Assembly (NCBI GenBank): GCA_963712745.1
Contig: CAVQJC010000002.1
Coordinates: 96,001-160,000 of the forward strand
Direction: 5' to 3'
Origin: an uncultured Chloroflexia bacterium
GTDB taxonomy: Bacteria > Chloroflexota > Limnocylindria > Limnocylindrales > CSP1-4
DNA length: 64,000 nt
Translations under genes and position numbers: made by a program
In this document: piece by piece, positions 1 through 9,290 of the stretch
How the letters are laid out: every line of letters starts with the position of its first letter
How positions within the stretch are numbered: position 1 is the stretch's first letter
Notes under the pieces: model-generated
The model's input: only the letters and a program-made list of their open reading frames with translations
Told to the model about the DNA's origin: nothing
Databases searched by the model: none

Positions 1-1024
1 GCACGACCTCCACCGGGCCCATGACCTCGATGGCGGCCTTGAGCGTGCTCGCAGCCGCCGCCGGGTCGGCCGCGGCCTCCACGCCGGCCGTGTAGCGGAT
101 GAGCGTGGACGCAGGATCGTCGAGCTCCACCACGCCCGAGGCTCCGCTGAAGGTCTCCAGCGAACGGCAGGTCAGCAGCAGGCGCTGGCCCTTGGGCGTG
201 AAGCCGCCGGTGGGGTCGCGCAGATCCACGAAGTGGCCGCCACCGGGCAGCTGCAGGCGGTCGATGACCTGCCCGGACCCGGTGCTGCTGCGAACGCTGA
301 CGGTGACCGAGCGGGCATCCTTGGGCCGGGGCATGATCACGTACCAGGTGGCCTTCTTGGGGTCGTAGTAGCCGAACACGCCCGAGGCCACGTTGTAGTA
401 GTCGATCTCGTCACCGGGTGCACGGCCACTGACATCGGTCGTGCCGGTGGCCCAGGTGCCATCGCGGAAGAGACCGCTCAGCGAGAACCGCTCGACGCCG
501 GCGAGGGTGTCGTGCTGGGTCCCGACCTGGACGGGCGTGGCCGCATCGCCGTCGATGCCGATCTCTACCTGCTGCCCGCGGATGCCATCGGGCATCCGCT
601 TGGCCATCTCAACGGCCACGAAGACGATGGGATGCTTGCTCCGGAACTCGGCGGCCTTGCCGTAGAACGAGCGCGCCACACCGGGCGGATAGTCGTCGGC
701 CAGCTTGCCCACCAGCTTGGCGGTGGCCTTCGTGTTGGCCACGTAGACGGCCGAGATGTCCGACCACTCGGGCGCGTCTGGGGCGGGAGTCCCGTCGCGG
801 GTCACCTGGTCCGAGGCCCCGTCCGCGATGCGCGTGATCTGCGGGGCCATCCGCGTGCGGGCCATGCGGAAGGCCTTGCCCTTGATCGATTCGATCGGAG
901 CCGGGGGAGCCTGCTCCTTCGCCTTTTCCTTCTTGGCGGCGCCGACCGGGCCGGTCGCGGCGGTCGCGATCAGCGCAGTCGCCAGCATCGCTCCGGCTGC
1001 GGCTCCCAGGGCTCGACGGATCAT
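1..1024 (-). CDS. Secreted hypothetical protein, runs off the window start
   Basis: Open frame from ATG 1024 (MIRRALGAAAGAMLATALIATAATGPVGAAKK...) with upstream GGGGAG RBS and a Sec-type signal peptide. Absent from the ORF track because no stop lies in the window. Confidence 0.8.
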   Translation of the reverse strand, partial: MIRRALGAAAGAMLATALIATAATGPVGAAKKEKAKEQAPPAPIESIKGKAFRMARTRMAPQITRIADGASDQVTRDGTPAPDAPEWSDISAVYVANTKATAKLVGKLADDYPPGVARSFYGKAAEFRSKHPIVFVAVEMAKRMPDGIRGQQVEIGIDGDAATPVQVGTQHDTLAGVERFSLSGLFRDGTWATGTTDVSGRAPGDEIDYYNVASGVFGYYDPKKATWYVIMPRPKDARSVTVSVRSSTGSGQVIDRLQLPGGGHFVDLRDPTGGFTPKGQRLLLTCRSLETFSGASGVVELDDPASTLIRYTAGVEAAADPAAAASTLKAAIEVMGPVEVV

Positions 1025-1098
1025 GGGCACTCCCCTTGCTGCAGTCCTTGTCGGTCCTGATTATCAGGGCCCCGCCGGCTTCTCGCCGAGAGGTGTGT

Positions 1099-1215
1099 TC
1101 AGCCGATGACCAGGAGCAGCAGTGCGAGCAGGGCGATCCCGACCGCCGACAGGGCCACGGCGCAGCTGCCCAATCCACCGATGTCCTTGCCCAGCCCCTT
1201 GCCCAGATCGTCCAC
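1099..1215 (-). CDS. Small single-pass membrane protein (38 aa)
   Basis: GTG start after AGGAGAGGAG; MDDLGKGLGKDIGGLGSCAVALSAVGIALLALLLLVIG*; GC-rich third codon positions; hydrophobic C-terminal helix. Confidence 0.6.
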   Translation of the reverse strand: MDDLGKGLGKDIGGLGSCAVALSAVGIALLALLLLVIG

Positions 1216-1228
1216 CCTGGCTCCTCTC

Positions 1229-1453
1229 CTAGTGCCGGCGGGGACTGCCGTCCGAGGGCCAGCGGCCATCGTCCATCAGCTCCAGCCCGCGCACGGCCTC
1301 GGGCACCCCTCGCGCGGCCTGCTCCTCGTAGGTAGCCCGAAGCTCATCCCACGAACAGGCTCCTGCTCCTTCACCGGCCGCCCATCGAGGCCGTTGGCGG
1401 TCACGTCTTCGGGGGCGGCGAGAGGAGCGAAGGCGAGCGATGACCCGGTGCAT
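1229..1453 (-). CDS. Possible small hypothetical protein (start uncertain)
   Basis: C-terminal half SWDELRATYEEQAARGVPEAVRGLELMDDGRWPS looks protein-like; its stop sits just before the RBS of the 38-aa gene. Confidence 0.35.
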   Translation of the reverse strand: MHRVIARLRSSRRPRRRDRQRPRWAAGEGAGACSWDELRATYEEQAARGVPEAVRGLELMDDGRWPSDGSPRRH

Positions 1454-1588
1454 CGCCAGATGGTATCGGGCCTGGCCAGCCCGAGTCGATGGGGCCGGTC
1501 ACTCCTGCCGCATCCCGGCAACGCCAGTGCATCTGCTGGCCTAGGATGGACGTGTCGTTGCATCGTCAGCGCAATGCAGGAGGATCGG

Positions 1589-2823
1589 ATGGCCGGCAGG
1601 CGGAAGCTCTCGGTGGACCAGTCGCGGACGGACCTGTTCGAGCGATTGGTGGCGGCCAAGGACTCGATCGTACGCACGACAGCGAAAGACACTGACATCG
1701 AAGTCGTGCACATCGAACCGGCCTTCGACCGTGTCCTCGACCTCGTGGCCGAGCCGGTCCCGACGCCCGAGCAGATCGCCGCATGGCGCGAGGAAGGAGT
1801 CCGCCTCGCCCGGGACGGCGCCGCCGCGGAGCGAGTGCTCGATGGCTATCTCTCGCTCAACTGGGCCATCTGGGAAGCCGCCATGCGGGAGGAGGACATC
1901 GCCCGCGAGGTCATCCTCGACTTCGCGGACCGGCTGTTGCGCGGCCTCGACGACGCCCTCGCCGCCATCTCGGAGGGCTATATCCGCGTGGAGGTCGAGC
2001 TGGCCGCGGCCCACTCGGACGAGCGACGCGCAGTGCTCGAGGAGCTGTTGACAGCGCCGCGCGCGACGCCGGAGGACCGCGCGCGGATCCGCCGCCGCAG
2101 CGAACGCCACGGGCTCTCTCCCCAGGGCTCGTACCGGCTCATCCTGGTCTACGTGCCGGGCATGAGTGACGCCGGGATCGAGAACGCCATCGATGACCTG
2201 GAGAAGCGCATCCGTGTCCCCGGCGCGAACCATCGCGACAAGCCCGGCATCCGTCTCCCGGTCGTGCTCGACTGGCGCGGGCACGTGCTCGTCTTCGCCA
2301 AGGGCGAGTGGGCCGGCGAGCGAAGGCTGCGTGAAGCCCTGCCATACGTCGTGGGGGAGGACGTCGTGGTCATCGACACCGGCCCGGTCGAGGGTTGCGA
2401 GGCGCTCGCCGACGCCCTGGCCCAAGCCGACTACAGCGCCACCGTGGCCACCAACCTCGGCCGACGCGGCTGGATCGGGATCCCGGCGAGCTGGCGCTCG
2501 AGTCGACCTTCCTGCTCGACGATGCCCTCGTCCGAGCCGCCGTGCAGCAGGAGCTGGGGCCGCTGCTGGCCGACCAGCGCATGGGAGACGAGCTGCTCGA
2601 GACCCTGGAGGTTTACCTCGGCGCGCGCCAGAACACGCGCGAGACCGCGCGCCGCCTGCACCTTGCCCCGCGCACGGTGGCCTACCGCCTGGAGCGCATC
2701 GAGACGCTGCTGGGCCGTGAGCTCGACGGCGACGCGGCCGTTCGGCTGAGCGCGGCGCTGCTGGCCCTGCGTGTGAGCCGCCAGGCCGGGACCGCCGCGG
2801 CCGCCGCTCAACCCGCACAGTAG
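1589..2823 (+). CDS. PucR/CdaR-family transcriptional regulator (frameshift near 2480)
   Basis: ATG 1589 after GGAGG. C-terminal PucR HTH (LLETLEVYL..RQNTRETARRLHLAPRTVAYRLERIETLLG) lies in ORF 2395-2823; one missing G at GGGATCCC joins the frames. Confidence 0.85.
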
Positions 2824-2828
2824 CCTCG

Positions 2829-2857
2829 CGTCGGGCGTCGGGCGTCGGGCGTCGGGC
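2829..2857. repeat. Tandem 7-mer (CGTCGGG) x4
   Basis: Directly visible just after the PucR stop codon. Confidence 0.8.
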
Positions 2858-2918
2858 CCGCGGACGGGTCCCTCAGCTGAAGACCGAGAGACCCGTCGAA
2901 GGCTACGGCATCGAGGAC

Positions 2919-3180
2919 CTACTGCTGGGGGAAGTTCTCGGGTGCCGAAGGTGGACCCTCCGGGGTGATGTGGCCGCTCAACTTGCAGCAGGGGCTGCTG
3001 TAGTCGATGACGACGTAGGCCATCAAGCCCTCGTAGGCATCCTCACCGACGAGCCAGCCAGAGCCCGGTCGGTCCCGACCTCGTCGATCGTGATGAACTC
3101 CAAGGTACCTTCCCACGCACCGTCGTTGTTGACGACACGAACGAGGGAGGAACCGACGGCGCCGGTCAGACCGGTGGACG
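2919..3180 (-). pseudogene. C-terminal fragment of a 'GxxAYEGL' domain protein
   Basis: LVRVVNNDGAWEGTLEF... joined across a frameshift to GWLVGEDAYEGLMAYV...GHITPEGPPSAP; similar to 7379-7640 and the C-terminus of 9291-10745; no clear start. Confidence 0.5.
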
Positions 3181-3275
3181 AGTCCGCGACCCGCGGCGCG
3201 ACCAGGGCACAGAGGACCGCGATCGCGAACATGGGGCCCGCCGGGACAGCAGGCATCCAGGTCGTCCCTACCGGT

Positions 3276-4451
3276 CTAGCCGAGCCGTACGGTCTCCGCC
3301 TCCAGTCCGCCACCCTCAGGCAGCTTGCTCCAGCTCCTGCGCTGCCACTCTTCCTTGAGCACCTCCATCGCGGCCTGTTCCAGGAACTCCGGCGCGCTCC
3401 ATTCATCGACATCGAAGTCGTTCTGGATGTAGCCGTGGCTGAACATGAAATCCTTGCCGATATTGATGGTCTGCATGTTCATCGCGCTCAGGCTGGGCAC
3501 CATGTCCACGTCCTTGATGCCCTGGTAGGTGTCCTCGGCATCGAGGTAGAAGGTCTGGCGGTTGAGGATCGCACCGGCCGCCCGCTTGTGTTCATTGGCC
3601 CAGCGGCCGACCTTGATCATGGCCTTCATGTAGGCGATGACGAGCTCGGGGTGCTCCTCGGCCATGACGTCCGTACAGGTAATGACCGCCGGGGTATTGG
3701 CCACCTGGATGGTCCAGTCGGGGTACTTCGAGAGGTCCTCGATCATCTTGATTCGGCCGGTGGCCTCCTGCAGGTGCTGGAAGACCTTGCTTTGCGTGTA
3801 GATGGCGTCGACCTTGCCCTCCAACAGCGCGTTCTCCAGCGGACGAAAGGCGAGGTCGTGCTTGTGGTCACGCTTGAGCCACGTCTCGGACGGATTGTTG
3901 ATGGGCGCCAGCATCTTGGGATCGTCGTACCAGTCATCGGGGTAGGGGAACTCGACGAGCTCGATGTCATCCATGGTCATGTCGTTGAGCCTGAGCATGG
4001 ACTCGATGCCCATGTGCTCCTGGATGCGCCACCAGTCGTTCTTGATGGTGTTGAGGCTCTTGGTGAGACCGACCTTCTTGCCCCGGAGGTCCTCCATCCG
4101 AAAGATCGGGTCGCGGGCGCGCACGGCCATGCAGCCGCCCTCGTAGACCCAGGTCGCGCCCAGCAGCCTGGTGCGGCGGATGTCGGCGTTGACCGCGATC
4201 GGCGGGTACAGGCCACCGAAGCGGATGAGGTTGTCGAGGTTGTGGATGTAGTGCGGGTACCAGTTGTTCTCGGGCGAGTGGCGGAAGTAGTCGTACTCCA
4301 CGCCGATCTTCTTGAACTCCTCGCGGCACCAACCCAGTTCCTGGTCCACGTTGTTGGCCGAGACCATGGGGCAGTTCGTGTACCAGACCTCGTTCCAGTC
4401 GAGGGGCACGGTGCTGGAGACCCGCTTGGGGTCTTCGTTCTTGGTCGTCAT
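3276..4451 (-). CDS. DszB-like (desulfinase / SsuA-type binding-protein fold) protein
   Basis: WYTNCP, PHY, RFGGLYPP and RTRLLG motifs resemble DszB; ATG after AAGGAG; no signal peptide. Confidence 0.7.
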   Translation of the reverse strand: MTTKNEDPKRVSSTVPLDWNEVWYTNCPMVSANNVDQELGWCREEFKKIGVEYDYFRHSPENNWYPHYIHNLDNLIRFGGLYPPIAVNADIRRTRLLGATWVYEGGCMAVRARDPIFRMEDLRGKKVGLTKSLNTIKNDWWRIQEHMGIESMLRLNDMTMDDIELVEFPYPDDWYDDPKMLAPINNPSETWLKRDHKHDLAFRPLENALLEGKVDAIYTQSKVFQHLQEATGRIKMIEDLSKYPDWTIQVANTPAVITCTDVMAEEHPELVIAYMKAMIKVGRWANEHKRAAGAILNRQTFYLDAEDTYQGIKDVDMVPSLSAMNMQTINIGKDFMFSHGYIQNDFDVDEWSAPEFLEQAAMEVLKEEWQRRSWSKLPEGGGLEAETVRLG

Positions 4452-4583
4452 GATCGGTCTCCTTGGTGGCGTTGAGGACTCGCTTCGCATAGATGGACTG
4501 CAGGAAGGCACCAGCTGGCGCGTTCCGCCTGGGCCCCGCCGGACCAGCCCGGGCCGGCGGCTGGGTCGCTCACGCCTTCGCTG

Positions 4584-4952
4584 TCATGCTCGGTATCCGT
4601 CGAAATGTTCGAGCGCCACAGCCACGTCGTAGCCGAGTGCATCGGCGATGCGAGGAGCGACGCCGATCAAGCGAGCCAAGCCGATCGATGGACCGACCGT
4701 CAGTAGAACGCCCACCACTTCCTCGCGAGAGGCTCCGGCGGCGAGGGCGGCGTCGACCTCGGCGCCGAGCGCCGAGCTGGCGGCGTCGATGGCGATCAGG
4801 GCCCCCAGCCGGACGAGGCTGTCGGTCTTGGGCTCGAGCGGTCCCTCACGATCGGGCTGTGGGCTTCCAGCAAGCACGCCACGCACAAACCGCTCATCGT
4901 TGAGCGTCAAGCGGCGAAGTGTGTCCTCGTAGTCGGGCGGCATGCGGCCCAT
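4584..4952 (-). CDS. Carboxymuconolactone decarboxylase (CMD/AhpD-like) family protein
   Basis: LEPKTDSLVRLGALIA...ALAAGASREEVVGVL pattern; GGAG RBS. Confidence 0.8.
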   Translation of the reverse strand: MGRMPPDYEDTLRRLTLNDERFVRGVLAGSPQPDREGPLEPKTDSLVRLGALIAIDAASSALGAEVDAALAAGASREEVVGVLLTVGPSIGLARLIGVAPRIADALGYDVAVALEHFDGYRA

Positions 4953-5057
4953 GTCTCCATCGGTGGTGTCCCGTGAACGTTCAGCCGGGCCTTGCGATTG
5001 AAGCACGCTCGGGAGCGTTCGATGCCACCCGAACCAGGTGAGACTGGCCTCGCTTCT

Positions 5058-7298
5058 TCAGGTGTCGCGAGCACCCAGGACGACAGCTGTCATGGCGGCC
5101 GGGTCGATGAGCCCGGCCCGTACCGCATGCTCCACAGCTTCAGCGCGCGTGGTCGCATCGAGCTTCCGATAGAGAGACATCACGTGGGTCTTGACGGTGT
5201 TCTCGGAGATGTGCAGGCGGTCGCCGATCTCACTGAACTTGAGATGCGTGGCCAGCATGGGGACGATGCGCAGCTCCGCCCCGGTCAGCGTCGACGCTCC
5301 CACCGAACCGCTGCGCAACTCGACCAGCTGGGCGCGGATCTCCTCGACCTCACCGTTGAGCATGCCCACATCGGGACGACGATGGAGGATGTCCCCGATC
5401 TCGAGGGCCAACGTCCTGGCGCCGGGCACGTCAGCCAGCGAGAGACGTGCACGAGCCAATTCGAGGCGGGTGATGAGCGCCAGCCCCGGCAAGGCCCACG
5501 TGAGCTGGGGCCGCAGGTTTTGCGCGTGGGCCAATCGGCGTCTGGCCTCGTCGGGTGCATCCATCGCGATGGCGACCCTGGCTGACAGTGCATCCTGGAA
5601 CGCCTGCGGGCCCTGCTCACCGAGCGCACCGATACGCCGGATCTCGTCCGCCGCATCCAGGAGATCACGAGCAGCGGAGATGTCCGAGCGGGCGAGCGCC
5701 AGCCGGGCCCGCAGTCCAAGGGCTATCGCTCGGGCATTGGGGGCGGCGCCCACGATGGCCCGCTCCCCACCGATGCTCGAAAGCACCGCCTCAGCCTGGT
5801 CGTCCTCGCCCTCGAGGAGCAAGGCGAAGCCGAGGGCAAGCCGTGTGGGACGCCACCAGGGGTGGGCGGGCGGGATGAGCTCACAGGCCAGTGCACCATC
5901 GACAAGCGACTGCGCCGCACCCCGCTCGCAGAACAGACTACGTACGAGCGCCTGCCAGCCATCGACTCCCGGGTCACCATCAGTGGTCCGGCCCCGCGGT
6001 TCCATCGCGTACAGGGCGCTGGCGAAGCGCTCCGCACGCTCGGCCTCTCCGCTCATGGCCAGAGCGATGGCTCCCGACATCGCCAACTCCGGCTCCACTC
6101 CCAGCAGGTCGCCTGCTTCGGCCCAGGCCCACCAGGCGTTGAGCGTCCCGGTCCTTCCCTGGCCGTACAGTTGCTGCGTATAGGCGGCCATCATCCGTAC
6201 CGTGGCGGCGTCATCTCCGGCGTGCTGTCGGTAGTGGACCGCTTCCACCGGCATCAGGTTCGCCGCATGCCATTCCGCTGCGCGCGTGCGCAGGAGCGCT
6301 GGCGACGCTGGATCCTCGCGCTCCAAGTTCGCCAACAGCGCCTCACGGATCAAGTCATGGCAGCGATGCCAGCGTTCATCGCCACCGAGAGCCATGACGA
6401 ATGCGTTGGAACGCTCAAGGTCCTGCAGGATCGCTCCTGATCCAGACTGCTGCAACACGAAGTCACACAAGGCCGGCGACATTCGGAGCAGGACCGAAGT
6501 CTGCAGCATGAAGCGCGACTCCTCAGGCGAGAGGTACGCGAGCAGCTCGGTACGCACGTACTCGGTGAACACGCGATCGCGTCCAGCCGGCTGCCAGCTC
6601 GCAACGAGTGACCCCGAGCCCAAGCCCGAGAGCGCAGCCAGACGTAGGCCCGCAGGCCAGCCCTCGCAGCGCTCATTCAGCCGCTCGGCATCCTCCTTCG
6701 TCGCCTCGACGCCGGTCGAGGACAGGAGCTCGAGCGCTTCCGTGTTCGAGAATCGCAGCTCCGCGGCGCCTATCTCCAGCAGGCGACGAGCCAGCCGGAT
6801 CCGGGCCAGGGGGAGCCCGTTCCCAGGCCGCCCGACCAGCATGATCTGCGAGTGCGTCGGCAGACTGAGCGCCAGTGCAGCGAGCACATCCAGCGCCTCC
6901 TGCGAGCTCAGCTCGTGGATGTCGTCGAACACGATGAGGATCGGAGCGATGGTGGACAGCGCAGCCAGCAGACGAGGCATGACGATCGCCCAGATCGACG
7001 CACCAGGCGCCGCCAGCCCGAGCCTCACGGAGGCGTCGATCTCCGACACTCGCTCGATGGCATCCACGAGTTTGGAGACCAGCACGACCGCGTCATCATC
7101 GTGCTGGTCGAGCGTCACCCACACGCTTGGGCGCTCCTGTCGCAGTGCGTGCTGGACCACGAACGTGGTCTTGCCGTAGCCAAGGGGCGCGAGGACAGCG
7201 ACGACCTCGGCAGGACGCAGCGCCGCGAGCAAACTGTGGCGCTCGACGGAACCGGCACGTAGCGGTGGCAGGAACGCGGTGCCAGCCCTGCGTTTCAT
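5058..7298 (-). CDS. MalT-like LuxR-family regulator
   Basis: Walker A APLGYGKTT, Walker B LIVFDD, CEGWPAGLRL, C-terminal LuxR HTH (FSEIGDRLHISENTVKTH..SLYRKL). Confidence 0.92.
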   Translation of the reverse strand: MKRRAGTAFLPPLRAGSVERHSLLAALRPAEVVAVLAPLGYGKTTFVVQHALRQERPSVWVTLDQHDDDAVVLVSKLVDAIERVSEIDASVRLGLAAPGASIWAIVMPRLLAALSTIAPILIVFDDIHELSSQEALDVLAALALSLPTHSQIMLVGRPGNGLPLARIRLARRLLEIGAAELRFSNTEALELLSSTGVEATKEDAERLNERCEGWPAGLRLAALSGLGSGSLVASWQPAGRDRVFTEYVRTELLAYLSPEESRFMLQTSVLLRMSPALCDFVLQQSGSGAILQDLERSNAFVMALGGDERWHRCHDLIREALLANLEREDPASPALLRTRAAEWHAANLMPVEAVHYRQHAGDDAATVRMMAAYTQQLYGQGRTGTLNAWWAWAEAGDLLGVEPELAMSGAIALAMSGEAERAERFASALYAMEPRGRTTDGDPGVDGWQALVRSLFCERGAAQSLVDGALACELIPPAHPWWRPTRLALGFALLLEGEDDQAEAVLSSIGGERAIVGAAPNARAIALGLRARLALARSDISAARDLLDAADEIRRIGALGEQGPQAFQDALSARVAIAMDAPDEARRRLAHAQNLRPQLTWALPGLALITRLELARARLSLADVPGARTLALEIGDILHRRPDVGMLNGEVEEIRAQLVELRSGSVGASTLTGAELRIVPMLATHLKFSEIGDRLHISENTVKTHVMSLYRKLDATTRAEAVEHAVRAGLIDPAAMTAVVLGARDT

Positions 7299-7378
7299 TC
7301 GGGAATAGTGCCCCATCGACCCGCCCGCCGTCCGGTGCCACAGGGCGGCGCTGACGCTCGCGCCCGGGTTCGTCCGGT

Positions 7379-7640
7379 CTAGTGCCACAGGCTACAGATC
7401 ACTGCGTACATGAACGCGTTCAGCCCTTCGTACGCATCCTCGCCGACGAGCCACGCGCCGAAGCGGCTTGCGCCAGGCATGCCAGCCACGTCGCCACCAA
7501 GGCCCAGTGCATCGCTCCACGTGCCTTGCTCTTCCTGGATGCGGACCGCTCCGGACGCATCTCTCGTATGGACAGCCACGTGTCCGTCGAGCCGGGGGTC
7601 GCTCGCATCCATGCTGCCCCTGAAGACGCGCTCAGCCACG
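7379..7640 (-). pseudogene. Fragment of a 'SDPRL...GEDAYEGL' domain protein
   Basis: DASDPRLDG...GTWS...WLVGEDAYEGLNAF; the upstream part of the ORF runs into AT-rich repeat motifs and has no signal peptide. Confidence 0.5.
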
Positions 7641-7677
7641 CTCGAGGCCCCGTGGAGCCATGGGTCACGTCTGGACT

Positions 7678-7754
7678 CCCATAGCCTTAACCGATAGCCG
7701 AAGTAGCGGACCCGCTGGTGGACATGTCCACTTGACATGTCCACCTTGTCCACC
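7678..7754. repeat. TAGCC(TT)AA direct-repeat pair plus TGTCCAC cluster
   Basis: CCCATAGCCTTAA-CCGATAGCCGAA at 7678-7702; perfect palindrome GTGGACATGTCCAC at 7718-7731, followed by two more TGTCCAC. Confidence 0.6.
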
Positions 7755-7846
7755 AGAGCGGAGGGCATGGCCTTCGACGGCAGCCGCGACCTACTCCTCG
7801 GCGGGCAGGAGCTCGAAGGTCTCGGTGGGCAAGCCGCGCTCCAGCG

Positions 7847-8269
7847 TCAGGGACCAGACGGCTTGGCAGGAGGTGGTACGCGGCGAGCCACGAGCCGGAG
7901 GAGCGCGCCGACCGCGAGCGCCAGGCCAGCGGCGGCCATGGCGAGGAACAACGCCAGATCGTAGTCAGTGCCCCCGGAGGCGCCGCCGGTGATGACCAAG
8001 CCGAACCCGGCCAGCGCCAGCAGCAGTCCGAAAAGGCCGCCGCAGCCGAGCGCAGCGGTGACATTCCTGAGCATCTGCACGAGCAGGAGCACGTAGCCGA
8101 AGAGGATGGCTAGCAGAGGCACCTGAACAGGAGGTCCTTCAACACCCATCGACATGAAACCGACCTCGGCGTGGAAGACCACGGCTGTCACCAACAAGAA
8201 CACGCCGAGCGACCCGGCGATAGCGACTCCCAAAGCGACCAGGCCGCGCCCCACGCGGTCGTACCACAT
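7847..8269 (-). CDS. Hypothetical membrane protein (about 4 TM)
   Basis: Four hydrophobic segments; GGGAG upstream of the ATG. Confidence 0.7.
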   Translation of the reverse strand: MWYDRVGRGLVALGVAIAGSLGVFLLVTAVVFHAEVGFMSMGVEGPPVQVPLLAILFGYVLLLVQMLRNVTAALGCGGLFGLLLALAGFGLVITGGASGGTDYDLALFLAMAAAGLALAVGALLRLVARRVPPPAKPSGP

Positions 8270-8374
8270 CCTGGTCTCCCCTTGCGGATGGCCCCATCCT
8301 CCGCGCCCCGGTCAGCGGGTCAAGGGCCGGACGGCCCGCCGCCATGGCGCAGGCAGCCGAGGCGGCCGGTGGGC

Positions 8375-8928
8375 TCAGGCTCGGTCGTCCAGTCGGCGCG
8401 GTGACCGCGGGATCGGTGAGGCCTGCGAGGGTGGCTCGACCAGGCCACGGGTCGCCTCGATGAACTCGAGCAGGACATCGGCGGTCAGCTCGGAGGTGAC
8501 GGTGAGGCCCTGGTGCTGGCTGATCGATGACGGCCTGGCGAACAGCACCTGGGAGCGGTCGATGATGAGGCACGCATCGCGGGGTGTCATGGACCAGGCG
8601 GGCTCCTCGGTGATGCGGCCGTCGGGCTGCCTGACCAGCTTCGTCGCCTGCAGGTCGGCCCTGAACCTGGCGATGGCCTCGAGGACCTCGTCGTGGATCT
8701 CGGCCTGGCGGTCGGCCATGCGCTCGGCGTGGTGCTCGATGAAGGACTCCGACGCCGGGCCTGATACGTCTCGCGCTTCTTCTCCCAGTCCCCCTTCTGG
8801 GCCTGGACGACGACGGCGGAGTGGGCGGTGATGCCGTGCTGGCGGCACAACGCCCTGATGGAGATGTCGGTGGTGATGAACTCGCGCTCGAGGGCGTGGT
8901 AGTCGTGGGACTTGTTGATGACGACCAC
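8375..8928 (-). CDS. Phage terminase small subunit-like HTH protein (frameshift near 8757)
   Basis: N-terminus DYHALEREFITTDISIRALCRQHGIT...AQKGDWEKKR resembles the TerS N-terminal HTH pattern; one missing G joins it to ASESFIEHHAERMA... Confidence 0.55.
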
Positions 8929-9237
8929 CCTTTCGGGCTGTCTCGGCCTCCGGCCTCTCCTCGCCGCGACGAGGGGCGGAGTCACCGTCTGGCTCCATCG
9001 TAGCCCTCGATGCAAGCGGACGGATGCGTGCGGGGTGGTGGCGCTGTTCCAGCGTGCAGGAACTGCTGGAGCACGTCATGGGACCGCCCGCAGACGACCA
9101 GTCGGGTCGATGGTGTCGGAGTGGAGGTCTGTATGGGTGAGCTGGCTCGCGGCGCCGCCAGGGCTGAGCGTGGGGACCGGACAAGAGATGGACACGTCGT
9201 GGGCTGTCTGGTCGCCGCGAACCTTCTCCGACACGAA

Positions 9238-9266
9238 GAGGCCCGCCCCTCGCGGGACGGGCCTTC
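9238..9266 (-). terminator. Intrinsic terminator-like hairpin, copy 1
   Basis: GAGGCCCGCCCCTCGCGGGACGGGCCTTC just downstream of the 9291 stop; near-identical to 10966-10993. Confidence 0.6.
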
Positions 9267-9290
9267 GAAGAACCTGAGCCGATGAGGCGC

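Noticed and set aside
7718-7754. Chromosomal origin (DnaA boxes)
   Set aside because: The boxes are imperfect and few, with no dnaA/dnaN or AT-rich unwinding region nearby.
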